From assembly GCA_965215335.1 (NCBI GenBank), contig CBDCDA010000001.1:1024001-1088000 (forward strand): DNA of 64,000 nucleotides, read 5' to 3'. Positions 22,579 through 33,011 of this stretch are shown in pieces; the stretch's first letter is position 1, and every line of letters begins with the position of its first letter. This DNA comes from an uncultured Candidatus Entotheonella sp. (GTDB lineage Bacteria; Tectomicrobia; Entotheonellia; Entotheonellales; Entotheonellaceae). The translations under genes and the position numbers were made by a program. The notes under the pieces are model-generated. The model had not been told where the DNA came from. It saw only the letters and a list, made by a program, of their open reading frames with translations, and made no database searches.

Positions 22579-23229
22579 ATGCCCGAGCCGCGCGTCGCGC
22601 CGTACGTCTGGGTGACCTGGATTTCCAGGCTGTTGGCTGGTGACGCCCACTGCGCCTGGGCCGCCTGGTTTCGGGCGCATCACACCTATGACCGGCTGTC
22701 GAGCGATTTCGATGCGGCCAGGTGGGCGAGCGAGCACACCGCCATGGTACGCGAGCAGGCCGAAGCCCTGCGGCAGGCATCGTATACGGTGTCACTGGAA
22801 GAGCAGAACATCTTTCGTCTGCAAGGGCAACAAGGCGTCACCCTCGGTGGCAAGCCGGACATCGTGGCCTGGCGAGATGGCGAGGCGCGGGTCGTCGAGT
22901 GCAAGACCGGCCAGCCGCGCCACGCCGACAGGATCCAGGTGATGATCTACATGCTCGTCCTGCCGCACGCCCAGCCCGTCTGGCGAGGGCGGACATTGAG
23001 CGGCCGCGTGCATTATCAGAACGACGATGTGGACGTTCTCCCCGACGCCCTCGATAGCGGCTTCAGGGCACGTTTCCGGGAGATGATGGCGCAAGTGGGC
23101 GGCGATACGGCATTGGCGCGCGTGCCAGCCTTCAACGAGTGCCGTTTCTGCGACATCGGCCGGCTCGACTGTCCCGAACGCATCGACACCCGGCCGGACG
23201 ACGGCGCTAACGGGCACAATTTGTCTTGA
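22579..23229 (+). CDS. Solo Cas4/RecB-like PD-(D/E)xK nuclease
   Basis: GKPDIV...VVECKTG, QxxxY (IQVMIY). One N-terminal Cys plus C-terminal CRFC...C. Confidence 0.8.
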   Translation: MPEPRVAPYVWVTWISRLLAGDAHCAWAAWFRAHHTYDRLSSDFDAARWASEHTAMVREQAEALRQASYTVSLEEQNIFRLQGQQGVTLGGKPDIVAWRDGEARVVECKTGQPRHADRIQVMIYMLVLPHAQPVWRGRTLSGRVHYQNDDVDVLPDALDSGFRARFREMMAQVGGDTALARVPAFNECRFCDIGRLDCPERIDTRPDDGANGHNLS

Positions 23230-23237
23230 CTCGGCGG

Positions 23238-24239
23238 TCAGGCGCGCGGCTCGACCAACAGGCGGCCGGTGACCTTGCCTTGCAGGATGTCGCTGATGGC
23301 CTGCGGGAGTTCGGAGAGGGTGATGACGCGGGCGAGCCGCTCCAGGTGGCGGGGCTTCAGGTCGGTCGCCAGCCGCTGCCAGATCGCCTGGCGGCAGGAC
23401 ATCGGACAGGCAACGGAATCGATACCGAGCAGATTGACGCCGCGCAGCAGGAACGGGATGACGGTGCCGGCGAAATCGTGTCCGCCAACGAGGCCGCAGA
23501 TCGCGATGTTGCCACCGTATCCGGTGGTGCGGATCAGGCCGCTGAGTGTCGAGCCGCCTACCGTGTCCACCGCTCCCGCCCAGATGCCTTTGAGCAACGG
23601 GCGCGGCTTCGGGTCGGTCAGATTCACGTCGTCGCGGCTGAGAATCTGGCTGGCACCGAGTTCCCGCAGCAGGTCGTGCTGCTCAGGCTTGCCGGTGCTG
23701 GCGGCGACGGTGTAACCCTGCTGGGCCAGGACGTCCACGGCGATGCTCCCGACCCCGCCGGTGGCGCCGGTGACCAGGATCGGGCCGTGATCCGGGGCCG
23801 TGCCGTTGCGCTCCATGGCCAGCAGGCACATGGCTGCCGTAAACCCGGCGGTACCGAGCGCCATGGCCTCGAAATCGCTCAAGGTATCGGGCGTCCTGGC
23901 TACCCAGGCCGCCGGCACGCGGGCGTATTCGGCGTACCCGCCGAAGGACCCGACGCCGAAGTCGTAGCCGGTGATCACCACCCGCTCGCCCACCGCAACG
24001 TCAGCCGATTCACTGGCGACCACGACTCCGGCGGCATCGACCCCAGGCACGTGCGGATACTGCCGCACAACGTCGCCCCGACCGGTGGCGGCCAGCCCGT
24101 CCTTGTAGTTCAGGGACGAATACGCCACTTTGATCGTCACCGCACCCGCCGGAAGGTTCTCCGGGGACAGGGAAGTGATGCGCCCGTCAACTCGGTCGCC
24201 CTGTCTATCAACCACGTATGCCGTGAAACGGTCCCTCAA
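23238..24239 (-). CDS. YhdH/AcuI-family MDR oxidoreductase (acryloyl-CoA reductase-like)
   Basis: YSSLNYKDGLA, GTAGFTAA, GATGGVGS, PFLLRGVNLLGIDSV. TTG start after GGGAGG. Confidence 0.88.
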   Translation of the reverse strand: MRDRFTAYVVDRQGDRVDGRITSLSPENLPAGAVTIKVAYSSLNYKDGLAATGRGDVVRQYPHVPGVDAAGVVVASESADVAVGERVVITGYDFGVGSFGGYAEYARVPAAWVARTPDTLSDFEAMALGTAGFTAAMCLLAMERNGTAPDHGPILVTGATGGVGSIAVDVLAQQGYTVAASTGKPEQHDLLRELGASQILSRDDVNLTDPKPRPLLKGIWAGAVDTVGGSTLSGLIRTTGYGGNIAICGLVGGHDFAGTVIPFLLRGVNLLGIDSVACPMSCRQAIWQRLATDLKPRHLERLARVITLSELPQAISDILQGKVTGRLLVEPRA

Positions 24240-24443
24240 GATGTCGCCTCCCCGGGATGGCCACGTCGGCCTATAAGCGGACCGGCAACGTAGAAAACGA
24301 CGCCGGATTATATCATCGGTGCCCTGTGGTGTCGAGGTAGAGCCACAGCCGGACCAACGGGGATTCCTGCCGGGCTCGCGGCGGACCGCCTCAACGTAAA
24401 GCCCGAACAAGTCGTTACAGGAGGAACCCGTCTGGAACCCCCC

Positions 24444-26192
24444 TTACAGCAAGCGCCATTCCTCCGACCGGTCGTCGTCTTCAAGCGGAGCCGGCTGAGC
24501 GATGGCATCGGCGAAGCCCTGCATGCGGCCCAGGGCGGCTTGCAGGTCTTCGAATAAGGTGTCCGGCAACCCCGCGGCCGCAAACACGGCCGCATCGAGC
24601 CGGCCGCGCTCCGAGCCGTTGGTATGCAGGAATTGGTTGTAGGCTCTCTCAATCTGATTCAGCGCCGGCGGGGCCAGGCGGCGCACGTCGACGACCAGCG
24701 CCTCTCCGACGCTGCCGGGGCTGAGGTTGTAAACGCCGCCGCCATACACGTGCGCGTTCACGCGCAGGGCCATTTCGGTGATGCTGGCATTCAACATCGC
24801 CAGCAGCGGCTTCGTCGCAACGTCTGCCTGCGGCATGAGTTCGATGAAGTTCTCGCTCGCCACCCATCCGACCTGATTCCACACCACCCGCAGGCGCCGA
24901 TACATCCGGCGCGGCAGCAAGATCGGCGCCGTGCCGCGGCGGGTCAGATGATCCAGCAGGTTGTACCAGGGCGTGCGGCGCGTCTTGGCCAGACGCGGCA
25001 GGTTTTGTACCCCGATGACGGGATGCGCCTGACCGCGCGGCGTCAGCACCTGGTTCTCCCAGTACTCGACGTAACGCAGTACCCGCATGCCGGCCAGGCG
25101 CGCCTTGGCGTCCCTGCACGCCAGCACGTAGTGCCGCGCCGACAGGTCGGTACTGAGGCACGGTGTGTCGAAGTCCTTGGGCGACAGCAACAAGGGCATG
25201 AGCCAGCGGCGTTCGAGTTGCCAGCGCTGCTGGACGGCCAGCGGCACGACGTAAAACATCTTGGCATATGTCTGCAGGCCGAGGCGCACCTGTGCCAGGG
25301 AACCCAGAGGCGTCAGGCCGGCATGTTCCCGCAACGTCTTGTACACCCCTGGAGCATAGAGCAACGGCGTCCACTTGGCGCCGGGTTTTAACGCCTCCAG
25401 CGGCAAAATCGTGCCGTCGAGCTGCGGCGAGGCGCCATCCAGCAACCTGCAGGGGTCGCGCGGCAGGCTCTCTGGCAGCCGCCCGTTGAACGACACGAAA
25501 GCGACGGGTCGATGTCCCCCGGCCTCCGTCTCGGCGCGCCTTTCGGCCAGCAGAACCACGGGCCGCACCCGCACCTGGCGGAAAATTCGCGTCTGGAATC
25601 CGAGCACGCCCCGCACCACAAAGGTCCGCAACAGGTAGTCTTTGAAGGCGGTGCCATACCGCATGTCCAGCCAGCTGTCGGAGATGATGAGGGCCAAACG
25701 CCCGCCGGGTTTCAGGAACCGCGCGCCGTGGATGACGACGTAACATTGCGGATCGGTGCGACGCGAAAATTTGCCGGTCTCCGGTGACTGCGCCACGCTG
25801 CCCCGCAGCGCGTCCATCTCCTGCTGCCGCCAGTGACGCACACCGGGCGGATTGCCAACCATCGCGTCCATGATGGGGGGGAAAGAGGTGTTGAAGAAAT
25901 CGCCGCTGCGAATACCGGGTAGCTCGCTCGGCAGGCCGTGCGAGCTGAAAGCCTGCCGCAGCACCGGCGCCGCGTCGGGACGGACATCGATACCGTGCAG
26001 TTGGCGGGCAAGCCGGTCGGCAGAGGTGCCGAGCGCTTGCAGGCACTTGGCGCTTTCCAGCAGAAACGTTCCCTCGCCAAAGCCCGCGTCGAGGACGTGA
26101 TCGTCCGCCGAGCGCAACGCCCAGCGCACCAGGAGCCCCGCAATGGCGGGCGGCGTACGAACGAAGCCTTGCGATTTCAGAGCGTTGTTCAT
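24444..26192 (-). CDS. Orphan N6-adenine DNA methyltransferase-like protein (gamma/Eco57I-like) with degenerate motif IV
   Basis: TPP..A, motif I VLDAGFGEGTFL, GDFF, motif IV GNPPGVR, LKPGGRLALIIS, TRD-like C-terminus ending YGGGV. Confidence 0.78.
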   Translation of the reverse strand: MNNALKSQGFVRTPPAIAGLLVRWALRSADDHVLDAGFGEGTFLLESAKCLQALGTSADRLARQLHGIDVRPDAAPVLRQAFSSHGLPSELPGIRSGDFFNTSFPPIMDAMVGNPPGVRHWRQQEMDALRGSVAQSPETGKFSRRTDPQCYVVIHGARFLKPGGRLALIISDSWLDMRYGTAFKDYLLRTFVVRGVLGFQTRIFRQVRVRPVVLLAERRAETEAGGHRPVAFVSFNGRLPESLPRDPCRLLDGASPQLDGTILPLEALKPGAKWTPLLYAPGVYKTLREHAGLTPLGSLAQVRLGLQTYAKMFYVVPLAVQQRWQLERRWLMPLLLSPKDFDTPCLSTDLSARHYVLACRDAKARLAGMRVLRYVEYWENQVLTPRGQAHPVIGVQNLPRLAKTRRTPWYNLLDHLTRRGTAPILLPRRMYRRLRVVWNQVGWVASENFIELMPQADVATKPLLAMLNASITEMALRVNAHVYGGGVYNLSPGSVGEALVVDVRRLAPPALNQIERAYNQFLHTNGSERGRLDAAVFAAAGLPDTLFEDLQAALGRMQGFADAIAQPAPLEDDDRSEEWRLL

Positions 26193-26267
26193 TCCGACAG
26201 GGGCCCCCCGGAGTGGGAAACGGCTTTCCCAAGGGCGCTCCGGGGAGCGCAAACGGGGTGGCCGTTT

Positions 26268-27056
26268 TCAGGCGCCATTCAGGAAGCCGATAACCGCTTC
26301 AACGAAATCCGTGGGATTTTCGTACATCGGCATGTGGCCGCAGCGCGGCATGATCGACACCTGCGAACCACTTATACGGCGCTGAAATGCCTGGGCATAC
26401 GCCGCCGGCACCAGCCCGTCCGATTGGCCCCAGAGAATCAGGGTGGGCGCCTTGACGCGATGGATGCGTTTCTTCAGACCCTTATCGGGAATCGGCCACA
26501 GGAACTTGCCGGCCGTCGCCAGATGCTGCATGCGCAAGAGGTAGGCCTGCAACTGGGCCTGTTCGTCTTCCGGCACGGCCATCATCGCCTTGGCGACCTC
26601 GGATTCCGGGTCGTGCCACAGGGCGATGCCGAGCTGGTCCGGGGTCATGGCGAAAAAGTCGGCGACCGGATGGCTGTCCAGCCACAGCCCCACGGCGTTG
26701 GCCAGGACCAGCCGCCGCACCCGATGCGGGCTGAGGGCGGCCAGTTCGGCGGCGACCATGCCGCCCATCGAGTGCCCGACGAGGTGCAGCGACTCGATCC
26801 CCAAGACGTCAAGCAGGTCGTTGTAGTAGACCACCAGATCGACAACGTCATCCACGTGCTCGATACCGCTGCTACTTTCAAAACCCGGATGCGACGGGGC
26901 GTACACGGTGTAACGACGGGCCAGTTCGGCCAGAAAGGGGTCCCAGTCCCGCAAACCGCCGGCGCCGTGCAGGAAGAGCAGCGGCTCGCCACGCCCATCG
27001 GTGCGCAGCTTGGTCTTGAACAACCCATCTCGAACAGTGACGGTTCTTTCCTCCAC
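26268..27056 (-). CDS. Alpha/beta hydrolase
   Basis: LFLHGAGG, GHSMGG, WGQSD, CGHMP. Confidence 0.88.
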   Translation of the reverse strand: MEERTVTVRDGLFKTKLRTDGRGEPLLFLHGAGGLRDWDPFLAELARRYTVYAPSHPGFESSSGIEHVDDVVDLVVYYNDLLDVLGIESLHLVGHSMGGMVAAELAALSPHRVRRLVLANAVGLWLDSHPVADFFAMTPDQLGIALWHDPESEVAKAMMAVPEDEQAQLQAYLLRMQHLATAGKFLWPIPDKGLKKRIHRVKAPTLILWGQSDGLVPAAYAQAFQRRISGSQVSIMPRCGHMPMYENPTDFVEAVIGFLNGA

Positions 27057-27145
27057 AACAGCCCTCTCTTGACAGATGTTATCGGGTCGGGAACCGCGGC
27101 CGCCTTGTCGCGGCCGACGTACCATAATGACCGGTCAACGGGTTG

Positions 27146-28048
27146 TCAACGCGGTGGCCCGGGCCGGCGGATGACCACCACGCGGCCGATCAGCCGTTCC
27201 GGCGGCGTACTTGGAGGCTCGAGCAATTCAAGGCGGCGGCCTACCCCCTGCAGCAGTCGGATCCCGTCGGAGGTGCGCACGAATCCCTTGGCCCGCAGCA
27301 TGCCGAGACCCCGCAGCCAGGCCACAAGCTCCTCGGAGGCGGCGCCAGCCGAAACGGGAATCTCACAGGTCTCGAACGCCTCGTGATGGTGGGGCACGAC
27401 GGATCTCCCAGCGGCGCGGCGCTGACGCCGCAGGCCGTCAGGGTCGGGCGGAAAGAGCAGCGCCGTCTCCACTTTGCCATGACACGCATGTAACACCGGG
27501 GTGTCCGGCGCCATATCGTGCAGCAGGGCCTCAAGCCGCCCCAGGTCAGACGCGGGCACCAGGTCGATCTTGTTCAGAAGAAGCAGATCCGCCGACGACA
27601 CCTGATCTTCAAAGGTGCCATACAGGTCGCGGCCTTCGACCAGTTGCTCGGCGTTCACCACCACGACGGCCACGTCGTCCTCCACCCAGACGCTCACCGG
27701 CTCGCGCCAGAATTGCAACTGCGTGTCGGACGGCAGCGCCACCCCGGAGGTCTCGACGATCACCCGGTCCGGCTGCACGCGCTCCCTCAGCATTTGCAGG
27801 GTGTCTCGCAATTCGTCGGACAACTGGCAACAGACACAGCCACCCTCCAATTCGACAAACGCCTCGCCGCCTTCTCCCAACAGCGCCTGATCGATGCCCA
27901 AGGCACCGAATTCGTTGGAGATCACCGCCACCCGCACGCCGCTATCCCGGGCTGCACGCAGCAAATGCCGCACCAAGGTCGTCTTGCCCGAGCCGAGAAA
28001 ACCGGACACGACAAGCACCGGGATGCTCCGGTCCGCCGGGTTGTTCAT
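27146..28048 (-). CDS. COG0523/CobW-family metallochaperone GTPase
   Basis: GFLGSGKTT, NEFG, GGCVCC, ETSG, NKID, short His run, LRAKG. Confidence 0.9.
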   Translation of the reverse strand: MNNPADRSIPVLVVSGFLGSGKTTLVRHLLRAARDSGVRVAVISNEFGALGIDQALLGEGGEAFVELEGGCVCCQLSDELRDTLQMLRERVQPDRVIVETSGVALPSDTQLQFWREPVSVWVEDDVAVVVVNAEQLVEGRDLYGTFEDQVSSADLLLLNKIDLVPASDLGRLEALLHDMAPDTPVLHACHGKVETALLFPPDPDGLRRQRRAAGRSVVPHHHEAFETCEIPVSAGAASEELVAWLRGLGMLRAKGFVRTSDGIRLLQGVGRRLELLEPPSTPPERLIGRVVVIRRPGPPR

Positions 28049-28125
28049 ACCACCCCTTTCAGTCGGACAGTCGAGCCTGTCAGCAGACCGCCACGCAATG
28101 TGTCAGGTTGTCGGCAGGGAACAAA

Positions 28126-28653
28126 TCAGGCGCCTGCGGCAGGCGCCTGATTGCGGTCTCGGACGCCCTTGGTCGTACCGCCGTTCTTGTGCTCCTGGGC
28201 CTTGATGTAGGTCGGCGCCTTCTCCCATGGACGGCTCCGCTGCACGATTTTCTTGCGCATCGTCGTGGTTTCCTTGGAAGATAGCGGCTGAATGCGTGGA
28301 ATGCCGAATTCGACACGGTAGGAGCGCGCGTCGAGGCCGTGTTCTTTCAGGTGCCTGACCGAAAGCTGCTTGAACGCCGCGCCGCATACCATGCACACAA
28401 TCGCGTGCTTCTTGATGCTCTGCTTCCAATTGGCAGGGATGCTTTTGACCTTGCTGCTCTCCTGCGGTGCCTCTTCTCTCTCATTGACTGAAACGCCGGT
28501 GATGGTTTCCCCGACGTCTTCCTTGTTCTTCAATTCAATCAGGCTGGCATGAGTCTTCTGCAACTCCTTGTGCATCTCCTCCAGTGGCAATGCGCCTACC
28601 TGGATTTGCGCCATGACCAGGTCCTTAGCCATCTCAAGTACAGACTGTGCCAT
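28126..28653 (-). CDS. Ros/MucR-family transcriptional regulator
   Basis: SIKKHAIVCMVCGAAFKQLSVRHLKEHGL...YRVEFGIP zinc finger. Lower-GC gene with an AT-rich upstream region. Confidence 0.88.
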   Translation of the reverse strand: MAQSVLEMAKDLVMAQIQVGALPLEEMHKELQKTHASLIELKNKEDVGETITGVSVNEREEAPQESSKVKSIPANWKQSIKKHAIVCMVCGAAFKQLSVRHLKEHGLDARSYRVEFGIPRIQPLSSKETTTMRKKIVQRSRPWEKAPTYIKAQEHKNGGTTKGVRDRNQAPAAGA

Positions 28654-28962
28654 TTTCAAAATCCTCTATAAACGATATGCCTTGCAAATCCAACATGTCT
28701 ACCGTCCCTGACATGGAGACCGCACAAAGATATAGAGCAACCTTTAACTGAAGTCAAGAAAACGAGACTTCCAGTCAACAAATGACTGCTGAACGCAATT
28801 GAGAGCAGCAAGTACCCGATCCTTACCTGCTTCCATCTTGTTGCAAGATGATGCAGTTACAAGGGACAAGCAAAAGGACGGTTGAGGTTTCCCTGCCTCG
28901 GCATACTCCAAATCAATAATGCTGCCACGCCAGGCGCGCCGAAACAGGAAATGGGGGAAGGC

Positions 28963-30660
28963 TCAGAATGCCTCGCTGGACGCCGCGATGGCCTCCAGTT
29001 CGTCTCGGGTGTAGGAACCCAGGCTGCGGAAGTCGAACTCGGTGTAATTCTTGATCCATCGCAACGCAATGGCATACGCCTTGCGATAGCGCTCGGCGGC
29101 CTGGCGCTGCGGTTCGCTGCCGGGATCAGGGAGACGCGCGGTGATGTCGTCGCGCTCTTCCTGCAGCAGGCGCTTGACCAAGGCGAAATCGTGCCGTTGG
29201 CCAGGGTCGGTGCTGTCGCCCACGCGATGCAGAATGCGCTGCGCGACCTGCGCCACGGACATGCGCCCGGTGGCCAGGTCCTCCATCAGAGCGGGATGGA
29301 TACCCGGCCTGCCGGCCAGGCTGTCGATGCCCTTGGCGCCCCTGCCCTGCAGCCAGCCTTCGAGGTATTCCAGAACCATGCGGGCGTTGCGGCGTGTGCC
29401 TTCAAGGGTGACAGGACCATCGGGCACCCGGATGTCGATGGGGTAGCTGTCCGGATCCGCCATTTCAGGAGACGGGCTCCAGCCCGTCGCGTGGAGTTCC
29501 TCAAACGGCCTGGCAGCCGTGTCCATGTGGAAGATATGCGCCACCCAGGCGCGCCGAAAACCCTGCTCCGCCTCCCACTGCTTGTCGGTCCGAATACCTT
29601 CCGCGGCCACCTCGTTGACACGCGGATCGGAACTCGGCAGCGGCGTCGCCATGCCACCGATGGGCACGGCGCCACGTTTCAGGCAAATGGCCACCAGACG
29701 CCGGAAAATGGTAGCGAGGAAGTCCGTTGTCTTGATATCGACGCCAAACCGGTCCGGCCACACCGAGGCAGGGTCGGCCATCACGTATTCGAAAATGCTG
29801 GCCTTGAAATCCCAGCGCGCCGCGTTGAGACCGGCCGCATAGGGACCCAAGGCGTACAGCATTTCCTCCATCTGGTAAGCCGCGGGGAGCGATTCGACCA
29901 GGATGATGGCACGGATGACGGCGTCACCAAGAAACGACAGATAGGCTTGGCTGGCCGCGAAGTAGTCCCGCCAAAAGGCGGCCTCGTCGGCCGATTCCAG
30001 CTTCGGCAGGTAGAAATAGATACCCTGCCCCCGCTCGGCCTGCCCCCGCCCGGCATGGAACAGGGTGAGCGCCGTGCCCAGAATCGCCGCCGAAACCGGC
30101 TTGCCGTCGATCGTGACGTCCGGTTCATCGAGATGCAGGCCGCGTTCGCGGTGCATGAAGAACGGCAACTTCCCCTCGGCGAGACGGTACTCGCGACCAC
30201 GCGCGGGATCGGAAAACGACAGGGTACGTTCAACCGCCGCCAGGCGGTTGCGAGCCGCCGTCAGCGTGTCGACCAGTCGATGCCCGGCGGCATCCTCGTC
30301 GTCGTCCAGGTCGCCGACGGCACGCGAACCCTCCGGCCCGGGATTCAGCGCGTTGATGAACATGTGGGTGATGGAAGCCGGTCCGGAAATTTCGATGCCG
30401 GGGCGTTTCAACTCTTCAGGAACCGGCGGCACCTGCCAATCGCCGGTGTTGATCTCCGACACGGCGGGATGGGTAGGGAGAACGCCGTCCTCCAGGGCGC
30501 GGCGCAGCACCTCGGCGCGGCGCGCGCGCAGCGCTTCGACGCGCGACGCAAATGCCTCATGCAAGTGCACCAGATAATCGACAAAGGCAGCGCTGAAGCA
30601 TTCAGCCGCTCCCGCTACCGGAGCGAATGCCACCCGCTCCGCCGTCCCTGTCTCTGCCAT
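28963..30660 (-). CDS. Malate synthase (MSA-type)
   Basis: EISGP, MFINALN, RERGLHLDE, YFYLPKLES, GLNAARWD, IGGMA, AWVAH, LMEDLATG. Confidence 0.85.
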   Translation of the reverse strand: MAETGTAERVAFAPVAGAAECFSAAFVDYLVHLHEAFASRVEALRARRAEVLRRALEDGVLPTHPAVSEINTGDWQVPPVPEELKRPGIEISGPASITHMFINALNPGPEGSRAVGDLDDDEDAAGHRLVDTLTAARNRLAAVERTLSFSDPARGREYRLAEGKLPFFMHRERGLHLDEPDVTIDGKPVSAAILGTALTLFHAGRGQAERGQGIYFYLPKLESADEAAFWRDYFAASQAYLSFLGDAVIRAIILVESLPAAYQMEEMLYALGPYAAGLNAARWDFKASIFEYVMADPASVWPDRFGVDIKTTDFLATIFRRLVAICLKRGAVPIGGMATPLPSSDPRVNEVAAEGIRTDKQWEAEQGFRRAWVAHIFHMDTAARPFEELHATGWSPSPEMADPDSYPIDIRVPDGPVTLEGTRRNARMVLEYLEGWLQGRGAKGIDSLAGRPGIHPALMEDLATGRMSVAQVAQRILHRVGDSTDPGQRHDFALVKRLLQEERDDITARLPDPGSEPQRQAAERYRKAYAIALRWIKNYTEFDFRSLGSYTRDELEAIAASSEAF

Positions 30661-30810
30661 GCAAAAAAACCTCCCTGCTCCCTGAGTCTTTCTCCTGGTA
30701 TCGCTCGCATTGGCGCGAACCGAGTTCGTCCCCCTGGCGAGGCCGGAATGCCTCGCTGGGACACGAATACGTCCCCATGACTTCGATCACCACCATGTCG
30801 GAATGGTCGG

Positions 30811-32841
30811 TTAACGTACCACGCCCGCTCGACCGTCGTCAAAACGGGGGGCAGTGCCTGGCGTGCGATTCGATGGGTCCAGGTGGGAAGCAAACCACTC
30901 CAGAATGATGCGAAATCGCTCCAGACGGTGGCGCGGCCTGCCGGCCCGCGACAGGTCGTGTCCCTCGTCCGGGAAGCACACGAAGCACACCTCTTTGCGC
31001 TGCTTCTTGAGGGCCACGAACAACTGCTCCGCCTGCTCGATGGGGCAGCGCAGGTCGTTCTCGGCGTGCAGGATGAGCAAGGGTGTCGTGATGTTGGCGG
31101 CATGCGTCAACGGCGAGCGTTGCAGGTACCAGTCCAGATTGTCCCATGGCAGGCAGCCGCTCTGCGCCTCGGCGAACGAGTGCCCGATGTCGCTGCTGCC
31201 GAACAGCGTGTGCACGTTGTTGACCGCCCGCTCCGAGCAAGCGGCCCTGAAGCGTCCGGTATGGCCGACAGCCCAGGTCGTCAGATAGCCCCCGTAGCTG
31301 CCCCCCATGACGCCGAGACGCTGCGGGTCGATAAAGTCGCACTGCTGCAGAGCCGCATCCAGAGCCGCGGTCACGTCGGCATAATCCACCCCGCCCCAGT
31401 CGCCGATCACCTCGCGGGTGAATGCCTCTCCGTACCCCTGGCTGCCGCGCGGGTTGGCGTACAGAACGGCGTACCCGGCGCCGCTGTAGACCTGAAATTC
31501 GTCGAAGAAGTCGTGCCCGTACATCATGTGCGGCCCGCCGTGGATGTTGAGCAGCAGCGGGTAGCGCTTGCCGGGCTCGAACCCGTACGGCTTCACGACC
31601 CAGGTGGCCAGGGCGCAGCCGTCACGCTCGCAGGCAATGCGCCGCGGGGCCGCCAGTGCGACCTCGGCCTTCCAATCGCTGTTCAGGTCGGTCAAGCGCC
31701 GCTCGGCGCTGCCGTCCGGTCGGCAGGTAAACACCTCGGCAGGATTCGTGGGGTCCATGGCGGCGAAGGCCAGCCGGCTGCCATCGGCCGCGGCTGACAC
31801 GTCGATAATTTGCCGAGAACCGTCCAACACGGCTTTGGGGGCCTGCCGGCCCTTGACGTCGAGTTGATAGACGTGCACGTCGCCCTGCGTCTGGACCCCG
31901 ACCATCAGCGTGTCGCCGTCCGCGGACCACAGCGGACCCCGGCTTCCCAGCGCGCGGCAATTACGATCCAGGCCATCGCTCAGGCAGGTCGGGGCGCCGC
32001 CGTCCAGCGGTACGGTGTACAAACGCCAGTTGTAACCGGCATCGTAGCGCTGGCGGTGGCCGAGATAGGCAATCGCCCGCCCGTCCGGCGAGAAAGCCGG
32101 GCGTCCTGCCGGCCCGGTGGTGTCCGTCAGACAGCGCGGTTCGCCACCGTCGCGAGACATGATCCACACGTCCGACGCATCGTCCTCGTCACGCTCGGCA
32201 TGGCGCGCCGAGGTGAAGGCCAGCAACGTGCCGTCCGGCGACCACGCCGGCTCGCCGTGGTTATCATCGCTGTCGGTGACCTGGCTCACGGTGCCGTCGT
32301 CCACCACCACTACGAACAGGTGCGACCGGCGGTCGTACACGAACCCCTCACCGTTCATCTTGTACTTGAGGGTCGTGATCACCCGCGCCGGCCTGGAACG
32401 CGGCTCCGCCGGCTCGCCCTGCGGCTCTTCATCGCCGCCTACCCGCGATACGAAAGCCAGACGCCTGCCGTCCGGCGACCAGACGGGATCGGCAACACCC
32501 TGGGCCAGTTCGGTCAACCGCACGGATTCGCCGCCGTCGATCGGCATGATGTACAGTTGGGGGCGCTTCTGACCCTGCCGCTCGGACACGAATGCCAACC
32601 GCGTTCCATCCGGCGACCAGCGCGGCGCACGGTCTCGTTTGTCGCCGCTGGTCAAACGGCGTGGTGGCCCGCCGTCGGCGGCCACCATCCAGATGTTCGA
32701 CAGGTACTGATCGCGTTCCTCGCACAGCGTCGTCACCACGAACGCTACCCGCTGCCCGTCGGGCGACATCTGTGCGTCACCCACCCAGCGGATGCGGGTA
32801 ATGTCCTCCGGCATCATCCCCCGCCGGCGCCTTGCGCTCAT
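30811..32841 (-). CDS. S9-family (prolyl oligopeptidase/acylaminoacyl) peptidase
   Basis: WSPDG propeller repeats, IHGGPH, NPRGSQGYG, GGSYGG, DLRCP, EGH. Confidence 0.92.
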   Translation of the reverse strand: MSARRRRGMMPEDITRIRWVGDAQMSPDGQRVAFVVTTLCEERDQYLSNIWMVAADGGPPRRLTSGDKRDRAPRWSPDGTRLAFVSERQGQKRPQLYIMPIDGGESVRLTELAQGVADPVWSPDGRRLAFVSRVGGDEEPQGEPAEPRSRPARVITTLKYKMNGEGFVYDRRSHLFVVVVDDGTVSQVTDSDDNHGEPAWSPDGTLLAFTSARHAERDEDDASDVWIMSRDGGEPRCLTDTTGPAGRPAFSPDGRAIAYLGHRQRYDAGYNWRLYTVPLDGGAPTCLSDGLDRNCRALGSRGPLWSADGDTLMVGVQTQGDVHVYQLDVKGRQAPKAVLDGSRQIIDVSAAADGSRLAFAAMDPTNPAEVFTCRPDGSAERRLTDLNSDWKAEVALAAPRRIACERDGCALATWVVKPYGFEPGKRYPLLLNIHGGPHMMYGHDFFDEFQVYSGAGYAVLYANPRGSQGYGEAFTREVIGDWGGVDYADVTAALDAALQQCDFIDPQRLGVMGGSYGGYLTTWAVGHTGRFRAACSERAVNNVHTLFGSSDIGHSFAEAQSGCLPWDNLDWYLQRSPLTHAANITTPLLILHAENDLRCPIEQAEQLFVALKKQRKEVCFVCFPDEGHDLSRAGRPRHRLERFRIILEWFASHLDPSNRTPGTAPRFDDGRAGVVR

Positions 32842-33011
32842 GTCCTCCCCCTGTTTTCAGGCCCACCCGACAACGGGGCGGCACCCTAGCACGCCGTTTC
32901 AGCGAGTGTCAAACGGCCCTGCGCTGTGCTATCATGAATACCCCTCGGGACCCGGGAACGGTGCCTGCCGCCGGTCGAACGGGGCATCTCTGCAGAACGG
33001 AGGAGCGCGTC

